A stretch of 64,000 bases of DNA from the IMG/VR virus record IMGVR_UViG_3300016669_000002. The stretch is one strand, 5' to 3'. A model generated the notes under the pieces. The model had not been told where the DNA came from. It searched no databases and was given only the letters and a program-made list of their open reading frames with translations. The stretch comes from a virus. Shown piece after piece: positions 7,696-17,153 of this stretch; position 1 is the stretch's first letter, and every line of letters starts with the position of its first letter. The translations under genes were made by a program, and so were the position numbers.

Positions 7696-8661
7696 ATGGC
7701 CACAGCAAACTCAATCAAAAATCAAATGACACAACAACCAACTAGCAATGCACCAGTACCACAAGGTAATTCAGTAAAAGCATTGCTCCAAAATCCAGCA
7801 ATCCAAAAGAAATTTAATGAAGTGCTTAAAGATAAGTCATCAACATTCACCTCAAGCTTAATCACACTGGTTAACAATGATGGCTATCTAGCTGATTCAG
7901 AACCTATGAGCATTATCGCGGGAGCTATGCAAGCAGCGCAATTAGATTTACCAGTAGAAAAGCAATTTGGGTTTGCATACTTAGTACCCTTTAACGAAAA
8001 GAATAAGGTAACTGGCCGATGGGAGAAGAAAGCCCAATTCATGCTAGGTTACCGTGGCTACATCCAACTAGCTCAACGATCTGGCCAATACAAATCAATC
8101 AATGTGATTAACGTGCATGAGGGCGAACTAGAGAGCTGGAATCCACTCACAGAAGAAGCTATCTACAATCCAGAAAACAAGCAATCAGACGTGGTTGTTG
8201 GCTATATTGGTTACTTTAAATTATTGAACGGTTTCGAAAAAACGACTTACTGGACTAAGGCACAAGTAGAAAAACACCGTATTGAAAATAACAAGAATAA
8301 AGACAAGCAAAAACTTTCAGGTGTATGGGCATCAAACTATGATGCTATGGCTCAAAAAACGGTTCTTAGAAACCTTTTAAGTAAGTGGGGTATCTTGTCT
8401 ATTGAAATGCAAAAAGGTGTGCTTGCAGATGATTCTGTTAACGAATTTAACGACCATGGGGAAATTAACCGTGTGGATGTAACAGATTCATTTAAAGAAG
8501 AGTCAGCACCTCAAATCGAAGAACCTAGTAAACCAATCGATGTTGATACAGGTGAGATCATTGGAAACATCGAGGTGACTGTAGATGCGACACTAGATGA
8601 TGAAACCACAAATTATTACAAGAATGCAGCGAAGGAAAATGCAAATAAGATTGGCAAGTAG
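7696..8661 (+). CDS. recT: RecT-family single-strand annealing recombinase
   Basis: AAQLDLP...GFAYLVPF...AQFMLGYRGYIQLAQRSGQY; YDAMAQKTVLR. Confidence 0.95.
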   Translation: MATANSIKNQMTQQPTSNAPVPQGNSVKALLQNPAIQKKFNEVLKDKSSTFTSSLITLVNNDGYLADSEPMSIIAGAMQAAQLDLPVEKQFGFAYLVPFNEKNKVTGRWEKKAQFMLGYRGYIQLAQRSGQYKSINVINVHEGELESWNPLTEEAIYNPENKQSDVVVGYIGYFKLLNGFEKTTYWTKAQVEKHRIENNKNKDKQKLSGVWASNYDAMAQKTVLRNLLSKWGILSIEMQKGVLADDSVNEFNDHGEINRVDVTDSFKEESAPQIEEPSKPIDVDTGEIIGNIEVTVDATLDDETTNYYKNAAKENANKIGK

Positions 8662-9582
8662 GTGATGTTATTGGGTAAGAAATATTTTTGGCTAAAACTA
8701 AAGGATGATTTCTTTAATCAAAAGGAAATCAAGATGCTAAGACGTGTTGCCGGTGGTGACACGTACACGATTATTTATTTAAAAATGCTACTTCTCAGTT
8801 TGAAAAATGACGGCAAAATTTATTATGACGGCATAGCAGAAAATATGATTGAAGAAACTGCACTCGAAATTGATGAAGATATTGAAAATGTTCAAATTAC
8901 GTTTACCTATCTTTTGAAAAAGGGGCTTATCGAAACTGCACATGAAGATGAAATTGAGATGACAAATATTGCATCTATGATTGGGTCTGAAACCGATGCG
9001 GCAGTAAGGAAGAGACGTCAAAGGTTGAAAGAAAAACGTGACATTGTCACAGAGCGGTCACACTTAGGTCACATAGAGATAGAGATAGAGAAAGATATAG
9101 AGCTAGAGAAAGAACTACAACTACAACAAGAAGAAAAAATTACACCTGTTGTCATCGTCGATGATGTGAATCAAGCTATTGATTTTTATCAACAGAACTT
9201 TGGTGTACTTAATCCATATACCACACAACAAATCCTGGATGCAGTAAATACCTTTAACGAGGAAGTTGTAGTAAAAGCAATGCAGATTGCGATTGAAAGT
9301 AATAACCGTAACTATAGTTATGTGAGGGGCATATTAAAGAATTGGTATCAAAATAATGTAAAAACCCTTGAAGATACTCAAGCATTAGATGCGGAACATC
9401 AAAATAAGAAAACAAAAAAATCTTTTAAAAACACACAAAAAGAAGCTGTTGCACCTGCATGGTTAAACTCGGATAAAAGAGCAGATCAAACTAAAGAGAC
9501 TAGCGGAGAATTAACTGCAGAAGAAATCGAGGCTATTGAGGAATTAAAGAAAATGGTAGTTGGTGAAGCTAGTGACAGTTAG
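8662..9582 (+). CDS. Phage replication initiator (replisome-organizer N-terminal plus DnaD-like domain)
   Basis: KKYFWLKLKDDFF...IYLKMLLLSL; C-terminal A....N.RNYSYVRGILKNW. Confidence 0.9.
   Translation: MMLLGKKYFWLKLKDDFFNQKEIKMLRRVAGGDTYTIIYLKMLLLSLKNDGKIYYDGIAENMIEETALEIDEDIENVQITFTYLLKKGLIETAHEDEIEMTNIASMIGSETDAAVRKRRQRLKEKRDIVTERSHLGHIEIEIEKDIELEKELQLQQEEKITPVVIVDDVNQAIDFYQQNFGVLNPYTTQQILDAVNTFNEEVVVKAMQIAIESNNRNYSYVRGILKNWYQNNVKTLEDTQALDAEHQNKKTKKSFKNTQKEAVAPAWLNSDKRADQTKETSGELTAEEIEAIEELKKMVVGEASDS
9038..9130. repeat. Putative phage origin (iteron-like repeats inside the initiator gene)
   Basis: Palindrome gtgacattgtcac, three GTCACA copies, then an (AGAGAT)-like run. Confidence 0.5.
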
Positions 9583-9967
9583 AAGTAAGTACGGTGCTAA
9601 AAAAACAGTAATTGATGAAATCACTTTTGATAGTAAAGCAGAAGCACAATTTTATATGCATCTAAAACAGCTTCAAAGAGCTGGGGTGGTATCTGGATTT
9701 GAGATGCAAGTGCCATTCATCTTGCAAGAAGGATTTGACCATCCAACTAGAAAAATAAAAAGTGGTAAGCCATCAAGAGTACCTGCTATCAAGTATGTGA
9801 CTGATTTTGTGGTCACATACGCTGATGGTAGTGAAAAAGTAATTGATGTAAAAGGCGTACAAACTACTGATTTTAAATTAAAAGCTAGGATGTTTTTAAA
9901 GAAATATCGCAAGCCACTATATTTAGCAAAAAAACAGGGTAGAAATTGGAAAATTGAGGAGTTTTAA
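9560..9967 (+). CDS. DUF1064-family PD-(D/E)XK nuclease
   Basis: SKYGAKKTVIDEITFDSKAEA; Y.TDF.V......VIDVKG..T..FKLK. Confidence 0.85.
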   Translation: MVKLVTVRSKYGAKKTVIDEITFDSKAEAQFYMHLKQLQRAGVVSGFEMQVPFILQEGFDHPTRKIKSGKPSRVPAIKYVTDFVVTYADGSEKVIDVKGVQTTDFKLKARMFLKKYRKPLYLAKKQGRNWKIEEF

Positions 9968-9969
9968 AC

Positions 9970-10464
9970 ATGAATGCAGATAACGTAATTATTTTAAATG
10001 GACGGCTTACACGGGATCCAGAAATCACAACAATGAATGATGGTAAATCCATCGCAAAATTTACTTTGGCAGTAAACCGAAGTTTCAAAGATGCGAATGG
10101 CGAACGACAAGCAGATTTTCATAACTGTGTGATATTTGGCAATCGTGCTGAAGCTATTGGGAAATATTTCAAAAAAGGCAGTGCTATTGGTGTTATGGGT
10201 GAGTTACGAGATAACAACTATGAAAAAGATGGCATCACTCACTACAACAAGCAGGTGATTGTAGACCAATTTAGTTTTAGAAGTAGTGGAGATGGTCAGA
10301 GCGGTCAAAATTCAGGGCAAAATAACGTTCAAAATACTAACCAGTATAATTACGCTCAACCTATCCCAAACACCGCACAAGCGAATTTTGGCGCAAATAA
10401 CACTAGTGCATTTGATAGTGCTGGGAATGATATCAATATTTCTGATAACGATTTGCCGTTTTAG
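9970..10464 (+). CDS. ssb: Single-stranded DNA-binding protein
   Basis: GRLTRDPE, FTLAVNR, ADFHNCV; acidic tail SDNDLPF. Confidence 0.96.
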   Translation: MNADNVIILNGRLTRDPEITTMNDGKSIAKFTLAVNRSFKDANGERQADFHNCVIFGNRAEAIGKYFKKGSAIGVMGELRDNNYEKDGITHYNKQVIVDQFSFRSSGDGQSGQNSGQNNVQNTNQYNYAQPIPNTAQANFGANNTSAFDSAGNDINISDNDLPF

Positions 10465-10474
10465 GAGGACATAA

Positions 10475-10852
10475 ATGATTGATGTAAATGGCGTTGAATT
10501 TAATCCAGTAGTAAAAATTACCGAGCTGAAGTACACAGTGATCTATGAAGATGAGTACGGTGATAGATACGTAGTAAAAGGTAATGGTGGTATTAGCGAA
10601 AAATTGGAAGCTAAGCGCCTTGAATTGGGTATGAGTCAAAAAGCTTTTGCAAGCCATATTGGAATATCACAAGCACTCTACCAAAATTGGAAGTCAGGAC
10701 GAGACATTACAAAGAAAAAGCGACACTATCAAGCGATTATGCGAGCGTTCGATTGTTCCTATGACGAGGCTAGAATGTTGTTAGGCGTTGAAACCGAGAA
10801 AGTGAAAATTGTACTAGGTGGCAAAAAGAAACGGATATTAGAGGAGGAATAG
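10475..10852 (+). CDS. XRE-type HTH protein with N-terminal extension
   Basis: LGMSQKAFASHIGISQALYQNWKSG. Confidence 0.7.
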   Translation: MIDVNGVEFNPVVKITELKYTVIYEDEYGDRYVVKGNGGISEKLEAKRLELGMSQKAFASHIGISQALYQNWKSGRDITKKKRHYQAIMRAFDCSYDEARMLLGVETEKVKIVLGGKKKRILEEE

Positions 10853-10855
10853 ATC

Positions 10856-11083
10856 ATGAGAACTGTGGTTTACAGCAAAAACAATTGCGTTCAATGTGCA
10901 TACACTAAAAAGTTATTGACCGAGTATGGAATCAAATTTGAGGAACGAAATATTGATGAAAATGAAGAGTTTTATGCACAAGCGAAGTCACTAGGTTACC
11001 AACAAGCACCGGTTGTAGTTGCCGGTGTGGAATCTTGGAGTGGTTTCCAACCAGACAAATTGGCTAAGTTAGTGAGTGATTAA
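10856..11083 (+). CDS. nrdH: NrdH-like glutaredoxin
   Basis: VYSKNNCVQC, APVV, WSGFQPDKL motifs. Confidence 0.92.
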   Translation: MRTVVYSKNNCVQCAYTKKLLTEYGIKFEERNIDENEEFYAQAKSLGYQQAPVVVAGVESWSGFQPDKLAKLVSD

Positions 11084-11084
11084 T

Positions 11085-11240
11085 ATGGGCTTAATAACAC
11101 AAATACTAGTATGCATTGGTGCTTTTGCCGTAATTGTTGTGGTAGGTACTTTTGTAGGGTTACTACTTGCTACGGTAGAAGACATTATCACAGAACGTGA
11201 GCAGGAAAGGGAAAGGTCAAAATGGCGTACAAAAAAGTAA
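11085..11240 (+). CDS. 51-aa single-TM hypothetical protein
   Basis: Read manually; hydrophobic N-terminal half and charged tail. Confidence 0.5.
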   Translation: MGLITQILVCIGAFAVIVVVGTFVGLLLATVEDIITEREQERERSKWRTKK

Positions 11241-11428
11241 CGGTAATTCAAGGGAAAACAGGCTGCTTAGAAATCGACGGGGAAAGTGCCTATGAGCAAG
11301 TAGATAGACAGGTTAAATCTAATAAGCAAGATATCTATGTAAACGAGGATATTGGCAGTATGGTGACTGAGAGAATCATTAGGGCAAGTGATATTGAAGC
11401 GTACTATGTTAAGGATGTAATAAACTAG
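11222..11428 (+). CDS. Hypothetical protein
   Basis: ORF in operon context. Confidence 0.55.
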   Translation: MAYKKVTVIQGKTGCLEIDGESAYEQVDRQVKSNKQDIYVNEDIGSMVTERIIRASDIEAYYVKDVIN

Positions 11429-11441
11429 AAGGAGTGTTGGC

Positions 11442-11870
11442 ATGCTATTTCCAGAAGTTAATGAAAAAGCTACAAAAGAAAGAGTGGATAGTTTACTAAA
11501 GAACTATCATAAAATTAGACGTCTGTCAGGCATGCCAATTGAGCAGAAGGTCACAGCAACATATAGCCTAGATCCGAAGAGCTTTACGGGTATGAATTCA
11601 AGCGCAATTGAGAATGGGACTATTAAGAAATTAGATGCAGTTAGCTTATATCGAGATATCAATGCTGCAATTAATACCTTGGATGCTTACTCTAGAAAAC
11701 GCATATACGATAAGTACATCAATTCGACAAGGTTTTATGATTATGAGGTTTATAGTGCTGAAAACATCAGCGAAGCAACCTATTACCGTGAAGTTAGCAA
11801 AGCTATGATAGAATTCGCAGAAGCTTTTCAAAGTGGTAGTTTGCTAGTTTTGAAAATGAGTGATTATTGA
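11442..11870 (+). CDS. ArpU-family late transcriptional activator
   Basis: MLFPEVNEKATKERV..LLKNY; C-terminal SEATYYR...KAMIEFAEAF; last early gene. Confidence 0.9.
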   Translation: MLFPEVNEKATKERVDSLLKNYHKIRRLSGMPIEQKVTATYSLDPKSFTGMNSSAIENGTIKKLDAVSLYRDINAAINTLDAYSRKRIYDKYINSTRFYDYEVYSAENISEATYYREVSKAMIEFAEAFQSGSLLVLKMSDY

Positions 11871-11900
11871 AAGATGTGTGATTGAGAAACATAGTATTAT
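11857..11900 (+). promoter_or_regulatory. Putative ArpU-dependent late promoter
   Basis: Three 11-nt-spaced TGA-led repeats (11857, 11868, 11879), then TATTAT at 11895-11900, with no -35. Confidence 0.5.
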
Positions 11901-12028
11901 GTTAATTGAGATAAGTCGGTAAACTTGTCTCGCCTCCTTTTTGGATTACCATTTCGTGAGATAAACGAGTAAAGTCCTTGAGCCACGGAAATGGTGCAAG
12001 GCAAAAGTTGGGTACCTCCCGACTATAT

Positions 12029-12099
12029 ATAACAGTAGCTATGATTGGTATCGCAAAGACAGCACGCTTTGTAAGGGTTCGATTCCCTTGTTAGTTATA
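12029..12099 (+). pseudogene. Degenerate tRNA-like sequence
   Basis: Perfect T-arm AAGGG-TTCGATT-CCCTT; TAGCT..TTGGTA D-arm remnant; imperfect acceptor and anticodon arms. Confidence 0.5.
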
Positions 12100-12314
12100 G
12101 CAAGGCGCAGGCAGCTCAAATAAATAATACATTTAATCGTCGACTGACTAACCTTGCTTATTGAAAACTGCACAATGCTGATAGAGTAATTGCATTTGGT
12201 AGCTACTTATGCGATTGTCCTAAAACCGAGTGGGAGTTAGACACCTAACGTCGGCGCAATTGGACTCGATAGCTTTGGGGTTGTGTAGTTTTGAGTAATT
12301 AAAATAACATCAAC

Positions 12315-12365
12315 AGCTACCCAGTCTTTAAATAGACACACTTACGAGTGATGGGTGGCTTTTTT
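12315..12365 (+). terminator. Branched intrinsic terminator
   Basis: agctaccca/tgggtggct stem enclosing two small hairpins, then a T-run. Confidence 0.7.
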
Positions 12366-12459
12366 AGCATTTTTCTCCCTTAACCATGCTATATTAATGA
12401 GTGAGAGGAGGAAAATTTCTTGTAAGAGATTGTAGCTATATGAATTAGGAGGTATTTAA

Positions 12460-13014
12460 ATGAAGTTAACACAATATCAACGTCAAGTTTTATCGAACCA
12501 ACATCAGATTCTATCTATGTTACAAACAGATGAGCATATGTCAGATTATCATGAACAAATGCAAGAAATTTATAATGATGGATTTGAATATATGTATTTT
12601 GAGCACGGCGCTTATAATGATAATGAAGTTTTAGAAGAGGCAGAATGTCGTGATGTGTTTAGAATCATAAATATGTATGATGATTTAACATATTATTGGA
12701 ATAATTCAGATGACTTAAAAGAAAATATTTCTGAATATGCAGTGATATTCCCTGGATTTGATTTAAATGACAGCATCGAAAGCAAATACTACTCGTTTGC
12801 GAAATTTTTAATTTTGAAACAAAATAGATTTCATGATACTGGAAAAATGATCCGTGAAGATATTAATAAACTAAATAGTCATGGTAGTGGTCCTGGGATT
12901 TCGGGTTACCTGGATATCCTCAATAGATATGAGGAAGTAATGGCTAATAGAAGTAATACAGGCGTTAGGAATGGAATGACATTAGAAGAGATGAAGAAAA
13001 TCTTAAATAGATAG
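12460..13014 (+). CDS. YfbU-family protein (moron)
   Basis: MKLTQYQRQVLSNQHQIL, EECRDV..I..MYD.L, FPGFD.N...E..Y..FAKFL, NSHG: pattern resembles E. coli YfbU. Confidence 0.8.
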   Translation: MKLTQYQRQVLSNQHQILSMLQTDEHMSDYHEQMQEIYNDGFEYMYFEHGAYNDNEVLEEAECRDVFRIINMYDDLTYYWNNSDDLKENISEYAVIFPGFDLNDSIESKYYSFAKFLILKQNRFHDTGKMIREDINKLNSHGSGPGISGYLDILNRYEEVMANRSNTGVRNGMTLEEMKKILNR

Positions 13015-13035
13015 TTTTATTTGAAAGGAGTTGAG

Positions 13036-13470
13036 ATGATGAGCAAGAAAGAAGCAACAGCGCAACAAAAGCTGTTTATTGATGAGTATTTGAAGTTAAG
13101 AAAATCTAATCAAAAGAAGGCAGCTTTGAATGCTGGATATAGTCCAAAGAGTGCTGAAGCTCAGGCATCTCAACTTCTTAAGAATCCTAGGGTTAGAGCG
13201 TATTTAGACGAACGAGAAAGTCAATTGGAAAAAGAATTGCGCAAAGAATTCATGTTCGATGCTTTAGAAGCAAGAAAGGTCATGTATAACATCATGAACG
13301 ATGAAGAAGCACCGGACAACGTTCGAGTGAGTGCTGCTAAAGATTTCCTTGACCGAGCTGGATTTAAACCAATTGAAAAGCAAGAGATTTCTGGTGAATT
13401 AAAGACTACAAATGCTTTTGCCGAATTAACTACAGAAGAACTGAAGAAGCTAGCTGATGGCTATGAATAA
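13036..13470 (+). CDS. terS: Terminase small subunit
   Basis: QQKLFIDEYL...AALNAGYSPKSA...ASQLLKNP. Confidence 0.93.
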   Translation: MMSKKEATAQQKLFIDEYLKLRKSNQKKAALNAGYSPKSAEAQASQLLKNPRVRAYLDERESQLEKELRKEFMFDALEARKVMYNIMNDEEAPDNVRVSAAKDFLDRAGFKPIEKQEISGELKTTNAFAELTTEELKKLADGYE

Positions 13471-14851
13471 AACAGCATATATTAAACAACAATCACGTTT
13501 GGAATTGGCCAGACGTGATTTTTTTAGATTCTGTAATCTTGTTACGCCAAAGTTTTATAAGCCTAATCGTCAGTATTTAATTGATTTGTGTAACGACATG
13601 CAAGAATTTATGCATGATGAGAACGATATTCTCGTTTTAAATATGCCACCAAGGCACGGAAAATCTTTCACAGCTACTAAATTCACACAATGGCAATTAG
13701 GAATAGATCCTAGCAAGAAGATTATGACAGGGTCATACAATGAACGGCTGTCCACTACCTTTTCAAAAGCAGTTAGAAATGGCATTCAAGAGATTAAAGG
13801 GGATGACGATATTTTAATCTATAACGACATTTTCCCCGATACTAAAATCAAATATGGTGATGCCAATATGAATCTATGGTCATTGGATGGTAGCCAGACG
13901 AACAACTACTTAGCAACTTCTCCCGGTGGTACCGCCACTGGTTTTGGTGCTGACTTGATTATAATTGATGACTTAATTAAGAACTCAGAAGAAGCGAACA
14001 ATGCTATGGTGCTTCAGAAACATCATGAATGGTTTACGGACACAATGCTATCAAGGCTTGAATCAAACGGAAAAATCATCATTATTATGACGAGGTGGTC
14101 ATCTAATGACTTAGCTGGTTATGTGCTTACAGAACTACCCAAGAATGGTTACAAGGTCAAGCACATCAATTTAAAGGCTAAACAGGACGATGGCACAATG
14201 CTATGTGAAGATGTTTTAAGTTTAAGAGAGTTTACTCGTAAGTTTAAGACGATGTCACCGGACATAGCCAACGCAAACTATCAACAAGAACCAATCGACT
14301 TGAAAGGTGCTTTATATTCTGGCTTTAAAACATATCGTGAAAGACCAGAATTTAAAGAGATTGCAGCATATATTGATACGGCTGACACTGGAAGTGATAA
14401 TCTAGCAGGCTTTATCTACGGCGTTACATTCGATGATGATGCTTATATCCTAGATACGATATACACCAAGGAACCGATGGAAGTCACAGAACCTTTAACA
14501 GCTCGTAAGCTGGCCGAAAATTCGGTCAATGTGGCTCATATCGAATCAAACAATGGTGGACGTGGATTTGCAAGAGCTGTGGAAAGGCAATTGTCTAATA
14601 ATCGCACTGTTATTTCGAAATTTACACAATCTAAGAATAAGCAAGCGAGAATTTTATCAAATGCTACTTGGGCCATGGAACATGTTTATTTCCCAGAGAA
14701 TTGGCACAACAAATGGCCAGATCTGTATAAAGACTTGATGACTTATCAGCGTGAAGGTAAGAACGCTCATGATGATGCGCCAGATGCACTAACTGGTATT
14801 GGTGAAAAGATGGGTACAGGAATCGTAATCAAAACATATAAAGGTTTTTAA
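13457..14851 (+). CDS. terL: Terminase large subunit
   Basis: Walker A PPRHGKS, Walker B IIIDD, nuclease YIDTAD and HDDAPDA. Confidence 0.96.
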   Translation: MAMNKTAYIKQQSRLELARRDFFRFCNLVTPKFYKPNRQYLIDLCNDMQEFMHDENDILVLNMPPRHGKSFTATKFTQWQLGIDPSKKIMTGSYNERLSTTFSKAVRNGIQEIKGDDDILIYNDIFPDTKIKYGDANMNLWSLDGSQTNNYLATSPGGTATGFGADLIIIDDLIKNSEEANNAMVLQKHHEWFTDTMLSRLESNGKIIIIMTRWSSNDLAGYVLTELPKNGYKVKHINLKAKQDDGTMLCEDVLSLREFTRKFKTMSPDIANANYQQEPIDLKGALYSGFKTYRERPEFKEIAAYIDTADTGSDNLAGFIYGVTFDDDAYILDTIYTKEPMEVTEPLTARKLAENSVNVAHIESNNGGRGFARAVERQLSNNRTVISKFTQSKNKQARILSNATWAMEHVYFPENWHNKWPDLYKDLMTYQREGKNAHDDAPDALTGIGEKMGTGIVIKTYKGF

Positions 14852-14856
14852 GGGGG

Positions 14857-16203
14857 TTGAAAATGGTATTTGTATATTCAAGAGAAAAGGAAATCACACC
14901 AGAAGTGGTTAATGATTTTATCAAGGAACACCAAGCAGTTGTTCCGCGATATGAGGAGCTGGCAAAACTTTACAAGAGCCAAGCGCCTATTCTAGAACAA
15001 GAAGATAAAGACGAATATAAGCCAGATAACCGTATTGTGGTTAACTTTGCAAAGTACGCTGTTGATACGTTCAACGGCTTTTTTATTGGTATTCCTATCA
15101 AGATTCAGCACGAAGATGAAGAAGTAACACAAATGGTAAATGACTTTATCAATCGACAGAACCTAGACGATGTGATTGCTGAAGCATCTAAAATGTCTAG
15201 TATTTATGGCAACGCTTTTGTATATGCTTTCCAAAATGAAGAATCAGAAACGTGTGTGGTGCATAATAGCCCATTAGATATGTTTGTAGTTTATGACGAC
15301 ACGATAAGCAGAACACCATTATTTGCGGTTAGGTACTACTTGGACGAAGAAGAAACGATTGTCGGACAGTTATTCACAGAAACATATCAACTACAATTTA
15401 GAGCTGATGGCGAAAGTCTTGTATTTGAAAATGAAGAAGCGCATTACTTTGGCATTGTTCCTGTTATTGAATTTATCGAAAACGAAGAACGCCAAAGTTT
15501 AATAGAGCCAATTGAAACGCTTATAAATGCTTATGACAAGGCAATTTCAGAAAAAGCGAATGATGTAGACTACTTTGCTGATGCGTATCTATCAATCCTA
15601 GGCGCTGATATTGGCGATGGCATGAATAGCATACGAGATAATCGGATCATCAACCTGTTTTCAACCAATGGCGAAATTGATGCACAGAAAATTAAGATTG
15701 AATTTCTAGACAAACCCGATGGCGACACTTCACAGGAAAACCTATTGAATCGTATTGAGCGATTGATTTATCAAACTTCAATGGTGGCCAACATTAATGA
15801 CGAGAGTTTTGGTAATGCAAGTGGTGTGGCTTTGAAGATGAAATTACAGCCGATGACGAACTTAGCAATCATGAAAGAACGTAAATTTACAAAAGGTTTA
15901 AGCCAGTTATTTAAGCTTTTCTTTACTTTGCCTACCAATGTACCAAGTGGTAAGAAAGATGAGTGGAGTGGGTTAAAATATACGTTTACACGCAATATTC
16001 CAGAGAACATGGCCGATGAAGCATCAACTGCTGTCAAGTTACAAGGAATTGTGTCAAAAGAAACGCAACTTTCTACTCTTTCATTTGTGGATAATGCAGC
16101 AGAAGAAATCAAGCGAATGGAAGCTGAAGCAGAACAGGAATCATCAGACGGGTATAATACTGATGAAAACGGTGATTTTATTGTTGATGAAAGTGGTGAA
16201 TAA
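14857..16203 (+). CDS. Portal protein, SPP1 gp6-like
   Basis: NRIVVNFAKYAVDTFNGFFIGIP; FGNASGVALK; TFTRNIPEN. Confidence 0.94.
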   Translation: MKMVFVYSREKEITPEVVNDFIKEHQAVVPRYEELAKLYKSQAPILEQEDKDEYKPDNRIVVNFAKYAVDTFNGFFIGIPIKIQHEDEEVTQMVNDFINRQNLDDVIAEASKMSSIYGNAFVYAFQNEESETCVVHNSPLDMFVVYDDTISRTPLFAVRYYLDEEETIVGQLFTETYQLQFRADGESLVFENEEAHYFGIVPVIEFIENEERQSLIEPIETLINAYDKAISEKANDVDYFADAYLSILGADIGDGMNSIRDNRIINLFSTNGEIDAQKIKIEFLDKPDGDTSQENLLNRIERLIYQTSMVANINDESFGNASGVALKMKLQPMTNLAIMKERKFTKGLSQLFKLFFTLPTNVPSGKKDEWSGLKYTFTRNIPENMADEASTAVKLQGIVSKETQLSTLSFVDNAAEEIKRMEAEAEQESSDGYNTDENGDFIVDESGE

Positions 16204-16205
16204 CC

Positions 16206-17102
16206 ATGAACAGCAAGGAGTATTGGGAACGGCGACAAATTAACCTTTTTGCTAAACAAGACAAGAACGATGATAAGTTTGTGGCTAAAATGACCAAAGA
16301 GTATGATCGTGTGGCTAGGAACCTAGAAAAGGAAATCGCACAATATTATGCTAGATTTTCAAAGGATGATGTCATTGAATATCGTCAAATGGTTCAGCAA
16401 TTGTCTGAAGCAGAAAGAACATTGTTATATCAAAATTATGATGCGTTTATGAATAAGCACCCAGATTTACGCCATTTAATGCCTGTAAGACAGTCCATTT
16501 ATAATCTGAATAGGTTAGAGGGCTTACAACTTTCAACACAACAGCAACTGCTTGAATTGGGCATAATTGAACAGTCAGAATTTAATAAAACACTCACAAA
16601 GGCTTATGAGAATGGTTATCTGTCCAGTATGAAAGGATTAGACAATGCTCAAGCCTTTTTTCGTGTAGATCCACTTGTGATGCAGGCAACGCTTGATAGC
16701 AAATGGCTAGATGGAAACAACTATTCAGACCGTATTTGGGATAACAAAACAAAACTAATTAACTCGCTGAACAACGAAATACGTGATGGTTTAATCCGAG
16801 GCGATAGCTACAATAGCATGATTAAAGCTTTGCGACACAGAACAGACGTTGGTTTAAGCGATTCAACTAGGTTAGTCCGAACGGAATCGGCTTATATCTT
16901 GAATGAAGCGAATGCGAAAGCCTTTCAAGAAGCAGGTATCTTAGAATACGAAATAACTGCTGTTATGGATGCTAGGACAAGTCCAACGTGTAGAAGCTTA
17001 GATGGTGAACGTTTTAGCTTTAAAGAGCGTGTTGTGGGTGCCACAGCGCCACCTTTTCATCCATGGTGCAGGTCTACAACTATTCCAGTTGAAAATAATT
17101 AG
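16206..17102 (+). CDS. Minor capsid / head morphogenesis protein (SPP1 gp7-like)
   Basis: RLVRTES...D.RTS..CRSLDG...APPFHPWCRST. Confidence 0.92.
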   Translation: MNSKEYWERRQINLFAKQDKNDDKFVAKMTKEYDRVARNLEKEIAQYYARFSKDDVIEYRQMVQQLSEAERTLLYQNYDAFMNKHPDLRHLMPVRQSIYNLNRLEGLQLSTQQQLLELGIIEQSEFNKTLTKAYENGYLSSMKGLDNAQAFFRVDPLVMQATLDSKWLDGNNYSDRIWDNKTKLINSLNNEIRDGLIRGDSYNSMIKALRHRTDVGLSDSTRLVRTESAYILNEANAKAFQEAGILEYEITAVMDARTSPTCRSLDGERFSFKERVVGATAPPFHPWCRSTTIPVENN

Positions 17103-17153
17103 GAGCGTGATCCTTATGCTGAAAGATGCAGGTATCTAAAAAGGAGAATTACC

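Noticed and set aside
12029-12099. Functional tRNA gene
   Set aside because: Acceptor stem mismatched and offset, anticodon loop not 7 nt, no CCA; kept only as a pseudogene or mimic.
15771-16259. 162-aa minus-strand ORF opposite the portal gene
   Set aside because: Ser-rich antisense shadow of the acidic portal C-terminus.
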